From Eledone cirrhosa (Eukaryota): DNA of 64,000 nucleotides. The position numbers and the translations under genes were made by a program. Where the stretch lies: NCBI GenBank assembly GCA_964016885.1, contig OZ024745.1, positions 133,548,001 through 133,612,000 of the forward strand. The letters run 5' to 3'. Positions within the stretch are counted from its first letter, which is position 1; each line of letters starts with the position of its first letter. Below are positions 11,788 to 26,081 of this stretch, piece after piece. Below the pieces are notes generated by a model that made no database searches, was not told the DNA's origin, and worked only from the letters and a program-made list of their open reading frames with translations.

Positions 11788-14700
11788 TTACAGACACATA
11801 CTCAGAGAAGGCCCATTCATTCGGGCCATACTTGCTTCTCTCACCCATCTTTCAACAAAATGCTGGGAAGAGAGCACTTCCCTCTCTACCCTGATTTTCC
11901 TTTTCAAATGAAATTTGAAAAAGTTAATCAGGGCATCACCGAAGAGGTAAGTGCTCGTCTTCAGCCCTTTCAAACGTGTCCACCATACTATCTCTTTCGC
12001 CATGGCCACCAGACAGATAAAAACTGCCTGCCCTTCCAGGCTAAAGGAAGGGGGCGGGGCAATCCTCACGATGGACTCAGCTGATAGCTGGATCCGTCCT
12101 ACACGTGACAACAGGTGTTCGACATAAACCCACAAGTCAGCAATGCTCGGACACTGGACGAGTGCGTGCAGGACGGTTTCGTCGCCCTGCGCGCATCTCG
12201 GACATGCCCGGCTGACGGCACCTCCATGCCTGTAGAGTTTATCCCGAACTGGCAAAGCTCCTCGGTAGCACTGCCAGGCCAGGGATTTCTGGAAGTTGTC
12301 CATAGGCCCCGGCCCGAAAGTCCTTCCGAAGAGATTGGCTAGTTGATTTTCGTTGACGCCTAGAGTTTCTCCAAGTACGTCGTCGCTCTTCCCCTCCACT
12401 AATCCCCTATAGAACGCCAAGGTGGAGTTTCCACCGATCACATTGCCCGATTGGCCGAGGGCTGTGAGCGCCTGAAGACATTCCAGTCTCCAAGCGCTCC
12501 CTCTCGGTCTTCGCTTGACCCAGACTGCAGCTCTGTCAAGGAGACGAGCTGGGGAAAAACGTGTCTTGCAAACGGCGACCACACCTGATCACCGTCGAGG
12601 AAGAGGTGGAGATGTCGTAGCCTGAGCGCGTGTCTGCGCATCATCAGCCACGGCATGCCCAGCCCTCCACGTAGCGGGTGTTGACAGCAGATGGACCGCC
12701 TGACCTTCGGAGCGCGTCCCTTCCACAAGAAGCGAAAGAGCAAACGCTCCAGCGCAGTCAGGCGGGGCTTAGGACAAGGTACGACGGTCAGGCGGTAGTA
12801 GATGACGGATGCGATGTACGCATTCGCCACCTCCGCTCGACCTTTCAGGGATAGCTTCCTCTCGGCCCATTTCTGGGTGAGAGAAGCCACCCTGCTCGTC
12901 ACCTCGTCCCAGTTTTTGTCCGTCTGGAGGTCTGGACCGAACCAGACTCCTATCAATTTAACCGGTCCGTCCGTCCAGCGCCCGACGACGCTGTTGGACG
13001 GCATGGACCTGCCTCTCCAGGTGCCGAGCTGCAGGCCCACTGACTTTTCCTGGTTGATCATTGCTCCTGTCACCGCTTCGTATTCTCTTAGTGTAGTGTC
13101 GATCGCCTCGATGTGTTTGGCGTTCGACACCACTACGGTGACATCGTCGGCATATGCTGACACGGATCTTCCGCATCCTAGTTCGCGCGGGACCCCCCTC
13201 AACGTCTCCAGTTGGTGCAGCAATGGCTCGTGAGGGGACATCCTTGGCGGACCGAGCGCATGATGTTGAACGGTTCCGAAAGGTGACCGTTCACTCTCAC
13301 TACAGAGCAGATGTCGCTGTGCATGGGAGCGATCCAGCCTCTGAAGACGGGCCCAAAGCCAGCCGCCCTCAGGACTGCCGCTAGGTAACGATGGTCGACC
13401 CTATCGAAGGCTTTCGACTGATCTAAATTGATCAAAGACCCACCCGTGCCAGGTTCCCTAGCTACCCTTTCTACGATGTATCGCATGAGGTGGAGGTTGT
13501 CGTGGATGGATCTGTCGGGAATGGCGCATGTCTGTGCCTCTCCCACCAGACCACCAACGACAAGCGCCAACCTCTTTGCTAGCACCTTGGCCAAAATCTT
13601 GAACTCTGTGTTTAGCAGAGTTATGGGCCTAAAATTATCTATGTTATCCCCCTTGTTCGGATCCTTTCTCAGCAGCGCCACCGCTCCTCGGCTCACAGAG
13701 CTGGGAATTCTCCCGTTCTGTTGCCAGTTGCAGTAGACGTCCGCCAAGAGGCCTCCGAACAAGTTTGGCATTTGTACGTAAAGTTCATAGGGCAGACCAT
13801 CCAAACCAGGCGATTTACCCCTTGTGCAACTAGTCATTGCATCCCGTACTTCAGCGGTTGTTATCGGCTTTTCGCAACACTCCGCCTCAGTGGCCGAAAG
13901 CCGCGGCAGTCCGTCGAGGTAGACACTAAAGTCCATCCCTCGATCCGGCCCGCCACTGCCCCCGAACAGTTGAGCGAAGTGTCGCTGAAAAGCTTCACAT
14001 ATTTGCCCGGGATCGAGTAGCATGCGCCCGTCGTGGTCAACCAAAGACCGGATCGTGGCTTTGTTGCCACGACGCGCCTCCGCCACTCGGGCCCATTGAA
14101 CGGCTTTCGTTCCCTCGTGTCTGAGAGCACGCACCCTAGCTCTGACAACGCAGCCTTCGTGCTTTGCATTGAAGAATTGGTCAAGGGCCAATTTCGCCGC
14201 AAGTACGTCGGTCGCGATGCCTTTGCTAAGCGCCTCATCTAATTTTCTAACTAATTCTCCCTCTGCTCTATTTTTCTCTATTGCTAAAGTCTTACTAAAC
14301 CTAATGGACTCTATTCTAATTGCTCTTTTCAGAGCAAACCACCACTTGTTGTTGACGATGGCCCCCGTCAACGCCCGCTTAACTAGTTCGCTAATCCGGT
14401 CTCTGTAGGCCTTGCGCGCTGGTAAGGACGCGTTTAACTTCCAGTAGCCGGGTCCTCGTCTATGAAGCCTATCTAAGTCAAGCACACAGATCACGAATTT
14501 GTGGTCCGTGTAGCTGACTATCTTGAATTGTGGACAGCCTATGCTAGACCTATCTATTTCCCTACAAAATACTCTATCTAGATATGATCTGGATGACCCT
14601 ATGCGATTTGTCCAAGTCCATATTGGTACATTCGGGAAATCCATTCGGTACCTGTCAGACAGTTCAAAACGTCTGAGCAGGTTGGTGAGACTCTTGCACC

Positions 14701-15181
14701 CTCCTTCCCTATCCACTAATCCCACACAATCCCAGCATGCATCTAAGATCCCGTTCCAGTCGCCCACTAACACTAAAGAGCGGGAAGTTCCAAGAAAGGT
14801 CTCCAGACGCCGGAAGAAATCAGGCCGCCCTGCTCCTGTCGGGGCATAGATGGCCACTAACCTGAAAGCTTGCCCGTCTCCGCTGGTCACGTCCAGCACC
14901 ACCAACTTACCTTCAGGGTCCAGGAAGATGGCCCGTATGGCAAGATCCAAACCTCTCCGAAAAAGCACAGCAACTCCTCCCCCCGATCCCGGACGGCTGG
15001 GAGATGCGTACACATCGTAGCCGCCGAAGATCGGTGCGAAAGCCTGTGCTTCGGAGATTCTGGTCTCGCTGATGGCCACTACATCTATGTTTAGTGACCT
15101 GAGGTCGTTGAGCAGGTGGCCCTGCTTCCATGACGACCCCAAGCCACGCGCATTTATGCTGCCTATTCTGAGTGAGGTCAT
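11788..15181 (-). pseudogene. Tx1 ORF2 (AP endonuclease, reverse transcriptase, CCHC) with two frameshifts (~13220 and ~12520)
   Basis: Motifs SINARGL, ISET, IYAP, GDWN, SYLD, TDH, GYWKLN, KSPGLDG, FRPITLLN, DQSKAFD, VRQGCP, AYADD and GGLGMP, split over ORFs 13199-15181, 12438-13241 and 11788-12582. Confidence 0.92.
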
Positions 15182-15219
15182 GTTGAAAAGGAGTGGAAAA
15201 GATGGGAAAGACCACTTAC

Positions 15220-17404
15220 CTTACTTCTCGTAGGGGAAGGACGGCTTTTCCATCCTTTTCACTGCTTGTGGCCTCCTCAGGAAGGATGTCCTTATAAATC
15301 CTCCTGGAGAGTGCTTGTCGGAAGTCTCCGATGTCTTTGGGGAATTTTTGTTTTAGTGTCATGTACGTTTTCTGTGTGATGCGAGTGATTTGTATGTGTG
15401 GAGGTGGTGTGAATTTTGGGGTTGTTGTGTAGTCTTTTTCTGTGATGCTGGTGTTGTGTTGGATCTAGTGTAATAATTGCTTGTTGTTCAAATTTAATTG
15501 TTTCTACCTTTGGCACAAGGCCAGCAATTACCCAGTACATTACTTGTACTTTATTTTATCGACCCCGCAAGGATGAAAGGCAAAGTCAACCTCGGCGGGA
15601 TTTGAACTCAGATCGTAAAGGGACGTAACTATGCTGGAAAGCATGGCGTCCGACCCTCTACCGATACTGCCAATCCACCGCTTGTTGTTCAAATTTAATG
15701 CTGTGTAGTGTGTATCGTTTTGGTTGTTTTGTTTTGTTTGCGTTTGTTGTGGGTTTGTTTCTGTTTCGCATTTTAGTGACTTTTGTGGTGTAGGTGATGG
15801 TGGTGCTGGGGATAATGATGGTGATGGTGTTGGTGTTTGGGTTGATGGGGTTGGTGATGCTGGTGTGGATGGTGGCATATCTGTCCTAACTTTTTTGTTT
15901 CTTAGTTTATTTGTTTCCCTCTGTATTTTGTTTTTGGAGGGGGAAGGAAGAGAATTTTTTCTTTTTTGGTTTCTTTTTTTTTTTCCGGATATCGTTTCTC
16001 ACTCCTCGTCGTCACAATCTGTCTCCAGTTGTGATAGACCGGGGAGTGGAAAATCCTCCACAGCCGTTAGTTTTGGTTGTGGTGTGGTGGATGATGTAGG
16101 CGCTGGTGCTAGTTCTGAAGCGTTGGGTGGTGGTGGTGTTGGTTTTGCTGGTGGTGGTAGTGGTGTTGGTTTTGCTACTGTTGCTGGGGTTGTTGCTGTT
16201 ATAGTTGCTTCTGTTGTTGCTGCTACAGTTGTTGCTGCCATCTCTGCTACTGGTGGTGTTGATGGTTGTGTCACTGGGGTGGGTAGGAGAGGTGGCCTCA
16301 ACCTTTTAGCCTGAGGGCAGAAAGCCCTTAGGTGGGTTCCTTCACCACAAACGACACACCTAGGTCTTCTGCCCTCGACAATTACCGTGAGGTGGCTGCC
16401 GTCAGTGAGGTCTATTACCTCTGGGATCTCCTCAATGCTTTTTTGGTCCGCTTGGATCAGGAGCTCCATCCCAGATCCGGACCAGTTTTCCTGCTTTTCT
16501 TTTGCTACTGCTATTATTTTCGTGTTGGCTTCGATGCCGGCGAGGACAGCCGCTATTAGCCAGGGAATTTCGATGGCCGGTGGAACGTGGGTCACCCTGA
16601 TCTTTACGAGTCTCTGGCCACAATAGCTTGGGACGAGTGTGAGGTCGTCACTTTTTAATGGGGCCATGGAGTGTTCTCTAGCCTCCTCTGGTGTTTCAAA
16701 GAACACATCCACAGTTCCATACTTTTGCCCACGTCTGATGTGGGTTTTTCTTGCCCACACATGTCCCAAAGCTTTTTGGATTTGGGACTCGGATGCCCGT
16801 TCCACTCGGCGCGATTTTACATTTATTGTTCTATACGACACGGTGCACAGGCGCCGATGCTCCATTTTATTAGGTGGGGGGGGGGTGAGGCTGACCCTGT
16901 ACCCATCTTTCTTTACCATTTGTTTGGCATTTTCTAAATCTTCTTGAGTTACCGTGAACGCTTCGAATTGTTTTGCTACGATGGCGAAACTGAGGGTCGG
17001 TTTTATAATGTCATTGTTGTTGTTGTTGCTATCGTTAATATTAATTTTATTTTCAGTTGTGGTGGTGGTGACGTCAGTCGTCTTTGGTGGGGAAGAGTCC
17101 ATTTTGCTTGATTTCATTTCGACGTCACGAGTTAATTTATTTTTTCTTCTTTTGTTTCTGGTGTCGCGGTGGTGGTGGTGGTGGTGGTTGTCGCGGTGGT
17201 GGTGGTGGTGGAGGGTTTAACACCTGCAGTCATTGGTAATGGCGGGAAATGAATGTCTGCCTGAGACAAATTTAAAATATTGCTACTGCTTATATTTTTT
17301 TTTGTGTTGGCAAACGTAGTAACATTTACAATGGTGGTGTCGGTGTGAGGTGTTATTTTGTGAGGAAGGCTTTCAGCTGCTTCGTGCAGAGGGGAATTAG
17401 CCAT
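15220..17404 (-). pseudogene. Tx1 ORF1 (gag-like, CX2CX4HX4C knuckle), frameshifted and SINE-interrupted
   Basis: CVVCGEGTHLRAFC in ORF 15999-17117, Pro/Thr-rich tail, position directly upstream of ORF2. The 3' boundary is approximate. Confidence 0.8.
15499..15679 (-). mobile_element. Full-length SINE inserted in Tx1 ORF1 with ~20-bp TSD
   Basis: Reverse complement of the 6593-6776 family. gcttgttgttcaaatttaat occurs at 15479-15498 and 15680-15699. Confidence 0.92.
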
Positions 17405-17613
17405 TTTTTTTCAAAGAAATTTTTGGATAATAATAAAAGTTAAAATTTTGGGCACAAGGCCCCAATCTTTTTGGGTGTCCTTTTCGGAAAACAATGTATG
17501 TGTGCTTATAAACAGTTTACAATAAAATTTTCCATAAATGGCAATTTTTAAACAAACGGAAATAACAAACCTTTGCGGAGCTCACGATAATACGATTTCC
17601 TACGTAGGTCGCC

Positions 17614-17669
<56 letters not shown>

Positions 17670-17671
<2 letters not shown>

Positions 17672-18363
17672 CAACCAGAGACCATTGACCATATAATTTC
17701 AATGTGCAGTCCTATAGCTCCAACCGAATACCTAAACAGGCATGACAGAGCTGCACAATACATACATTGGATAATGTGTAAGCATTTTGACCTGCCCCAT
17801 CAAAAGAATTGGTGGGAGCATCAACCACCTCCCATACTTGAAAAAGATCACATCTCAATCTTGTGGAACTTTAGCATCCAAACAGACCGAAAAATAGATG
17901 CAAACAGACCTGATATAATATTGAAAGACTTTCAAAAGAGGGTATGCCTGCTAATTGATATGTCTGTTCCAATAGACAAGAATGTATCTATAAAAACATT
18001 TGAAAAATTGAGCAAGTATAAAGACATGGAGATAGAAATTGGAAAAATGTGGAAATTGAGAACTAAAACAATACCAGTGGTTGTAGGCGCTCTGGGAATG
18101 ATACCTAAGAGGTCTAATGATTACATATCGCAAATCCCAGGAAACCCGCGTATAGGAGAAATACAAAAGATAGTACTAATGGGAACTGCCCATATACTAA
18201 GGAAGATTCTGTCAATATAAGTACATCACAAGTCTAAACACTAAAGATGCATGTGTGAATATGTATGTTCTTTCTTGAACATGGCGGACCTTGTTGTCTC
18301 TTGAGGTCACTGGTTGTGACTTGGTGATAACTCGTATGAACATAAAGCAAGATAAATGCAACT
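17670..18363 (+). mobile_element. R4/Dong family 1, 3' fragment (RLE domain and 3' UTR)
   Basis: Motifs YLNRHD, RPDIILKD, LIDMSVP, KLSKY and PVVVGALG. Nearly identical to the reverse complement of 3441-4135. (AAT)n on both sides. Confidence 0.92.
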
Positions 18364-18403
<40 letters not shown>

Positions 18404-18499
18404 TGCTTTCTTTAATAATAATAATAAAAATAATAATGATAATAATAACCGAAATATATATATACTTTATATCATCTCTATTTTTTATTGATTAATATA

Positions 18500-18593
<94 letters not shown>

Positions 18594-19812
18594 TGTGTGT
18601 GTGTGTGTGTACCCAATAGCTGTATATATATAGATACGGTACGCAGTGTAGGTTTCAACGTTGCATTAATTGTATCTGTCACTCAAACGTTCACAATAAT
18701 ATCTCCACATGTTTTGGGAAATTTCCTTGTTACATGCCAAGAATATTTGGCTCTGACAACCAGATATATTGAAAGAAGAAAATTAATTCACTCTCTACAA
18801 ATACTAAAATATCTTTTCCGAAAGTGTATTATGTAACTTATGCTATATTACTGAAAGCTTTAAATATTCACTTGATTGTGCCAATGTTTTGATTACTTTA
18901 CATAGATATTAATTGTTCTGAATTATGCATATTATATCGTAAGATTCACGTTAAAATTGTTCCGCGCAAATATTCTAACACAGTAATTAACAAAAGCTTG
19001 ACTTTTGTTATAATATTGTCCAAGGGTACATCCACACTTTTCAAATGGACACATTTAAACTTTACAATATGCAATCAGGTAAAGTTGGGATTTCTTGGGA
19101 ACTGGTAATATTTTCTATCGGTAACAATTATTCCATAGTGCAATTGCTACGATGGATGCCATTCCTTTAACATTCGACCGGGACTGAGTAAATGAGCAGT
19201 ATCCACTTTCCCTACGAAGAATGCTATTTTTGCTGATGGAGACCTCTGTTGTCCTTCTCCCTAGGACCAGCTCCCTACTCACCAGCATAGGCACAGAGTT
19301 GGCTACCCGTATGTGTGAGCCTCGCGAGCTGGAATGACCCTTCGAGCGCATCTTCATCACCATCCTCCGGAGAAAAGCCGTCTCCATTCTATCCGCTGGG
19401 GCCACTGAGCGTCCAGCGCGTGGGCCCCCATTTGCTTATAGTAGTGAGAGATGGGGCGAGCTGGAGAGATGAAGGCACTGACAGTGGTAGTTTGGTTCCA
19501 TATTTAATTACCGCACCACATCTAACAACCTCTCATCAAGTTTATACATAAAGAATTTCTTTTCTCTCTCTCTCACACACAAAAAAGAGAAAGCAACCTG
19601 AACATTAAGCATTTATTCTTTAAAGAAATTCCTCGTTTCAGGTTTATTAAATGAAACATATTCTACTCATGACATTTAACCAGGGGCTAATTTTCAACTA
19701 ATCTCTCGATTTAAAATGTTGATACTTCTTTTATTTCTGATTCAGAAGAGTATCCTGTTTTATTTCTTTAAAAGCAGAATCACAGCGCCATCCATTTATA
19801 CAAATAAATTAT

Positions 19813-19995
19813 TATTTCTAATTTAGGCACAAGGCCTACAAATGTTTTAGCGTGAAAGAAAATTTTAATTTTATCAACCTCGAAAGTTTGAAATGCAAAG
19901 TTGACCTCGGCGGGATTTGAACTCAGAACCTAAAGAGCCAAAACAAATATTGGTGAGAATTTTTCCAGCGCTTTAACATCCCTGCCAATGCATCA
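19813..19995 (-). mobile_element. Diverged SINE copy
   Basis: Contains ggcacaaggcc and aaagttgacctcggcgggatttgaactcaga. Confidence 0.8.
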
Positions 19996-20072
19996 ACCAT
20001 TCGACTAAATTATAATATACATTAATACGATACATGTCCAAAAGCATGACGTCAAAGGGAGACGTAAAAATA

Positions 20073-20248
20073 ATTGTTTCTACTTTTGGCACAAGGCCAG
20101 CAATTACCCAGTGCATTACTGGTACTTTATTTTATCGACCCCGTAAGGATGAAATACAAAGTTAACCTCGTCGGGATTTGAACTCAGAATGGCAAGTTCT
20201 GTAACTCTATGCGTCAAAGCATGGCGGCCGACCCTCTACCGATACTGA
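20073..20248 (-). mobile_element. SINE copy
   Basis: Full-length match to the reverse complement of 6593-6776. Confidence 0.9.
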
Positions 20249-21775
20249 CCAAAATAAATGAAGAGGAAATATCAGTTTTCAAACCGTCGCTATAATGCAT
20301 TTCCTCTCTCCATGTAGTGCTGGGAGGTCTCAAGAATATTCTAGTATGGCAAGAATGAGGATTCAACAGCACACATATTCTCACAGCTTCAACAGAAGAT
20401 GTGTCCGTTTGTGCGTATGCATGCGTGTAGGGGTGTATATATGTATGTGCATATATACATATACCGGCGTGTTTGTTAGTGTCCTGAACCTCCAACCATG
20501 GTCTAAATTGTCACCTCTCTCCTGTACTGCCGGTAAATAGTCCAAATCTTTTCACCTCGACCTATACCATGCGAACATATTGACACATCCCATCGCCCCG
20601 AAAGCTATCCTCTTACCAATTGGCAAACTAATAGTGCCCTGTTCACAAGGCAAGTCAATAGCTCGTCACCTGACCAAGTGACTCAATTCTGTCCTTTCCA
20701 CAAAGTCAGCCATAGTCACCTGACTAAATGAATCAATTCTACACAACAACCAGATATTTGTTTTTATTCCTTGAAAAATAGACAATACCCCGTTAGCGGC
20801 GGCGACATCATAACACTTTGCCATACGTTATATGTTTATCTCTATATCACATCACTTATATATCATTATATATAAACGTTCATACATTTGCATCGTTATA
20901 TCATAACGTTTATATTTCCGTCACTAATCTCGTTTTCTCCTCTTTCGTTTTAATATACATTTATTGATTTCTTTTCTCCTTTTTCGATTTAACATATATT
21001 TATTTCTAATTATTCCCCGTAGGTCTGTTAGCGTTCGTTACATCATAACGTTTACATATTCCCACCGTTCTATAATAACGTTTGTATTTCTATCGCTAAT
21101 CTTAAGTTCTTCTTTTTCGTTTTGATAACATTTTGCCGTAACGCAATTTATATAGAATATAGTTTTTTTTAATGTATCATGGATTAATTTACTGATTACA
21201 GAAGAGAGTATAACACAGCCTCTCTTCAATTTTTGTGCATATTGTCAATTCACTTTTCATTTTACATGTCATACCAGCATGCATATACATTTGCGTATAA
21301 TATCAATATGCACACTACACATGCGAGCGGAAAACAGCCCACAGTGCAGTTTTCTGCTGGTATATATAATATAATAAATAACATGAATATGAAAACATCA
21401 CAGTTAGGAAGATCAGCATTTGTTGTGAAACTGACACTGTTTCACTATCTTACAAATGAACAAGATATAGAAAACTAATCCGAATAGACCTATCGGAGAT
21501 TTCAATTCCCACTATTTTGTATCATCTAGTAAGTCAGCTCGTTGGAAAAAACCTGTGATGTTCTCATATTCACGTTAGTTATTATATTATATCTAAACAC
21601 TCCTGGAATTATTTTCAATGTACCCACGGTTAATTACCTCGGAAACACTTGATACATCTGTCACCTGTCGAGTCAAAAACCATTGCATGGGCTTTGATTT
21701 CCCCTAACGAAATCTGATCACTACTATATTCTCACTCTCTCACTCTCCTTCTTTCTCTCTTTCTCTCTCTCTCCT

Positions 21776-21836
<61 letters not shown>

Positions 21837-23810
21837 CGATCTGTTACGTCTTCTTTACGTTTATTGAGTAGTGGCGCGTGTTTCGCTATTGATCTCTGGC
21901 AAAAATAATGAAAGGAAATTCGGGTCTCGTCTTTTCAAATCCATGAAGATTTGGTTACAAGAACATCTTAATCATACATGGGTATATCTTTTATATTTGT
22001 CGTAAATATTTCCAGCGACTTCCTCTGTTTTTTTCATGTTTTCTTGATTGTTTACCAAGAAAATCGATATAAAATACAAGATCATTATTTTACAATATTA
22101 CGAGACATGAGATGTAAGGAGTTTATATTATTTTATGATATTTGATATATATATATATATATACTGTATATATTTGGTTTGTTGAGAGCAAGATGATTGT
22201 ATGATAGCAATCTTCTCTAAAGTGGTATAAATAAAAGGAAATATTTCAAAATGTATGGAAACTATTACATATATTCCATGACAATTTCACATATTTCTCC
22301 ACAATATTACAGGAACTAGAGAAACAAGATGGCCATTTTGTCACAATATACTCCACATCAGAAGGAAAAATATAATCATTAACATGTAGGGGTCAGAGTA
22401 TTTCTGTAACAATATTGTAACCGAATATTTTCAACGGATGTTGTTTCTGCGTGATCAGATCTGACATGGCTTGTATATCAGAATTAACAAATAGATAAAC
22501 AACAGCAACGTTATCATACCATTTCAACAACAATTCTTTAGGCAAAATTATAGTGATTCATATCTTAATAGAGAAGCGAACCGCCATATAGTTGATGGAC
22601 CATGAAATGACATTAATCAATTATTCCACTGAATGCAGGATACACGAAAGAATGGAATTGTCAGGAAACCGAATTATAACACAAATTGAAATAGTTTCAG
22701 GCAACTTTACATCTTTTATTGTCGCATTACGAATTTGCCCATTATTTCAACAGAGATGACGAATATTTATTGTCAATCATACATATAATAAAATATATCA
22801 TAGAAAATAGTTTTTGTAAATGTCTTCAGTTTCTTTTCTTCGCTATTATGGTTTCACTTTAATATAAAAGAACTGAACTAGATATAAAATAATTCTGTTT
22901 ACATGTTTTCTATTAGTATCTATTTATAATGCATGAATTAATAAAACGAAATAGACAGTAAATTGATGATAACAAGTTTTGTTTAATGTTTACTTAACCG
23001 ATCAGAATGTGAAAGAAGCACATTTGATTTTACTTGACCTTTTTTTTTTCGCCCAATGAGAAGATATTAAACCAATTACAGCCCGACAAATATCTATATA
23101 TCAATGCATTGATGAATAAATAATTATTTATACTGCAAGCGTTAAATTCTTTTCATGGTTCTATGCTTTTTTTTTGCGGGATTATAAGACAAAAACTAAA
23201 AACATCAACAAAGATATATGCTTTCAAAAGGAAATATTGATGCAAAATTAAAATTTCAAAACGACTGATAATACAATCTACAGATGAAATGAGAAATTAT
23301 AGATCTGGGGAATATTGAAAGTGTTTGAATTTATGCAAACAGTGGAACCTATCGTACGGAGCTTATAAAATCAATATCGCATTTTATTTGAAGTTAAAAA
23401 TATATTTTGTAAATGCCATCGTTTTATATGTTACAAAAAATACTGTCATAATACTTCAGCAACAAGTGGCAATACCATTGTTAGAGAAACAACGAAAGAA
23501 AATAGAACGAATACAGCAAAGTGTGAGCTAATTGTGTTTAATGATAGCAAGAAACTCTCGGGATTATACAGAACATATCTATCTATCTCTGTCTAACTCT
23601 ATGAAGGTTTCGTTGATTTGAAGCTGTGAAAATTAATTCTATAAAACAACATCTAAGGTTGATAAATACCACCATCTATGTTTAATGGATTTTGTTATAA
23701 AACAGACAAAGTTAATCATATAAACAGACCGAAATATCTTGCTTGAAAGTTATACGATGTAGTGCAATGTCGTATTAATATATGGCTATAAATTAGATTA
23801 TATCAGTAGG

Positions 23811-23846
<36 letters not shown>

Positions 23847-23859
23847 ATACATACATACA

Positions 23860-23964
<105 letters not shown>

Positions 23965-24085
23965 GTATATGTATATTTATATATATATATACATATATAT
24001 ATATGTATGTGTGTGTGTATGTATGTATATATATCAGTCGCATAGATTTATATACATACATAATACACACACACACACAGACACG

Positions 24086-24119
<34 letters not shown>

Positions 24120-25359
24120 TCCAATTATCTGCTTGCTGATATATGTAGTTCTATCTATATTTACCAATTTTTCTCATTTTCCCTGATCTTTATATTTCTT
24201 TCATAATCTGTTTTAATTTTCGTTTTCTTCTTCCCTCATCACGCCTTCATCATTTTATTGTTTCCTTGTTTTTATCTTCCTTGTTGTCTCTGGTTGTGCC
24301 TTTCTCTCCTACTTTATTTCTTTTGCGCATGCGTTTCTTTTTATGTGCGTACGTGTGTGTGTTATTTTCTTTCTAAATACAATTCTATGAATATGATGTT
24401 TGTTAAATAAATAGTTTGATAAATGATGAAATTAGACACACAGATACACAGATATAGAGGGAGCCAGAGAGTGAGAGAATAAATAAAGAGAACATTTCGG
24501 TTGTAGCTATGCTATTAGTTCTATACGAGTAGCTTTACAAAACATAACCCCACACAGCAGACTGAATGTGCGATTTACCACATTGTTCCTCTATATATAT
24601 GTTTCTTATGCCAACAAGAATATCAGGAAATTCTGTTAAGTTTCAGCTTGACATCACTTAGTATTACATCCGATGCCTAATGCACCAACATAGCTCTCTT
24701 TAGCTTGCTTAGTCACTGCTTCATTGATTCCATTGCTGATCGCAGACAAATTCCCGGATCAATTGCCGAAATTTCAAACAGAAATTTTTGGTCTAATTAT
24801 TTTTGACAATCGATAAGCTTAAATATTATGTTTCATTACATAAGAACTTAGAATATTTCTGGCAAATTTCCTTTAAAACTTGAGTTGTTTATTCAAACGA
24901 AATATATATCTGACCGAATGTGGGAAATAATGGGAATTAAATGGAACATAATGCTATATGGGTGTAATTTTGTCTATGTAAAGACTAATTAATCGAACGT
25001 GATAGCAAGAAATCGTTTTGAATATGTATAAACCTGATGTATAGCTTAGCATAATTTACTGCAATTCAACTACATACCTTATATAAGTAATGGTTTACTT
25101 GCACGCGAAAACTGTTCCTAAATAGGTTCTTTGTGGAGTGGTTAACGCAATCAATCTGAAGCCGAGAAATGATGTGTTCGATACCTCGCAAACGTTGCTT
25201 TCTAATCTTTATCGGTTCCAGAGTAGATCGCTAGATTTTCTCAATTGTTATTTATTGTGATCGACTAAGATTATATATCAATATCATATATAACACGTGT
25301 ATGATGTGTATGTGTTTATATTTGTGTGTATGTCTGTATGGTGTGAAGGTGCATGGCTT

Positions 25360-25700
25360 AGAGCATAGGATCCACCGCGAGTTCTTTTAAAAAAAGATGG
25401 TATGTGCACAGGCACTCAATGAAAAACCGTGCACTTATGGGTTCCACAACCCTCGCCAAAAAAATATGGGAACTGAAGGACAGCAGCACTAACTACAGTA
25501 TTAACTGGTCGAAGTTGTCGGCTGCTAAAACCTATAGTACAGGTTTGTCCCACTGCGGGCTATGTGATCTAGAACTAATGTATATCCTCAAAAATGTAAA
25601 AAGGCTACTTAACAATAAGTTAGAAAGATCTATCTTCTGCAGACATAGAATTGCCACTAAATTCATAAGATTCAAACCTCCGTGGATCGAACCAACACAA
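25360..25700 (+). pseudogene. Penelope-like element GIY-YIG endonuclease C-terminal remnant
   Basis: IGSTASSFKKRWYVH..TTLAKKIWELK..INW..CGLCDLE..LN..E...CRH. Confidence 0.75.
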
Positions 25701-26026
25701 CATAGCTTTAAACTAGGATACCCACTACCCTGCATAAATCACCACAGAAATATACTAATTAAGTACACTCTAGCCTTCACAGGTCTATACCACACAAATG
25801 TCTGTAAGTACCTCACCAACCCATAAACTTATTCCTTCTCAGCTGCTGCCATCACTTGATCCTAAATCCAAGAATTTCTCAAATCACTACTACAATGTAA
25901 CTTTACCTTCCTTTTGCCATAATTACAATCAGCACGCTTATCTCTTTGCATGTATGTATATTTTTGTACGAGTGTATATTGATGTGTATGTATGTGTCTA
26001 TGTACACATGCGTGTGTATATATATA

Positions 26027-26081
<55 letters not shown>

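Larger units (their letters stand above)
11535..17613 (-). mobile_element. Near full-length Tx1/L1-clade LINE inserted in (TAA)n
   Basis: 5' UTR, ORF1 with zinc knuckle, ORF2 APE-RT-CCHC and 3' UTR with AATAAA. (AAT)n arrays abut both ends. Confidence 0.93.

Noticed and set aside
12115-16947. Plus-strand ORFs overlapping the Tx1 element
   Set aside because: Antisense shadows of GC-rich LINE coding sequence.
19115-19550. GC-rich island, possible LTR/gag remnant
   Set aside because: No second LTR, primer-binding site or recognisable domain.
25128-25195. tRNA-like A/B boxes (tggagtggttaacgc..gttcgatacc)
   Set aside because: Cloverleaf incomplete; probably a decayed SINE head.
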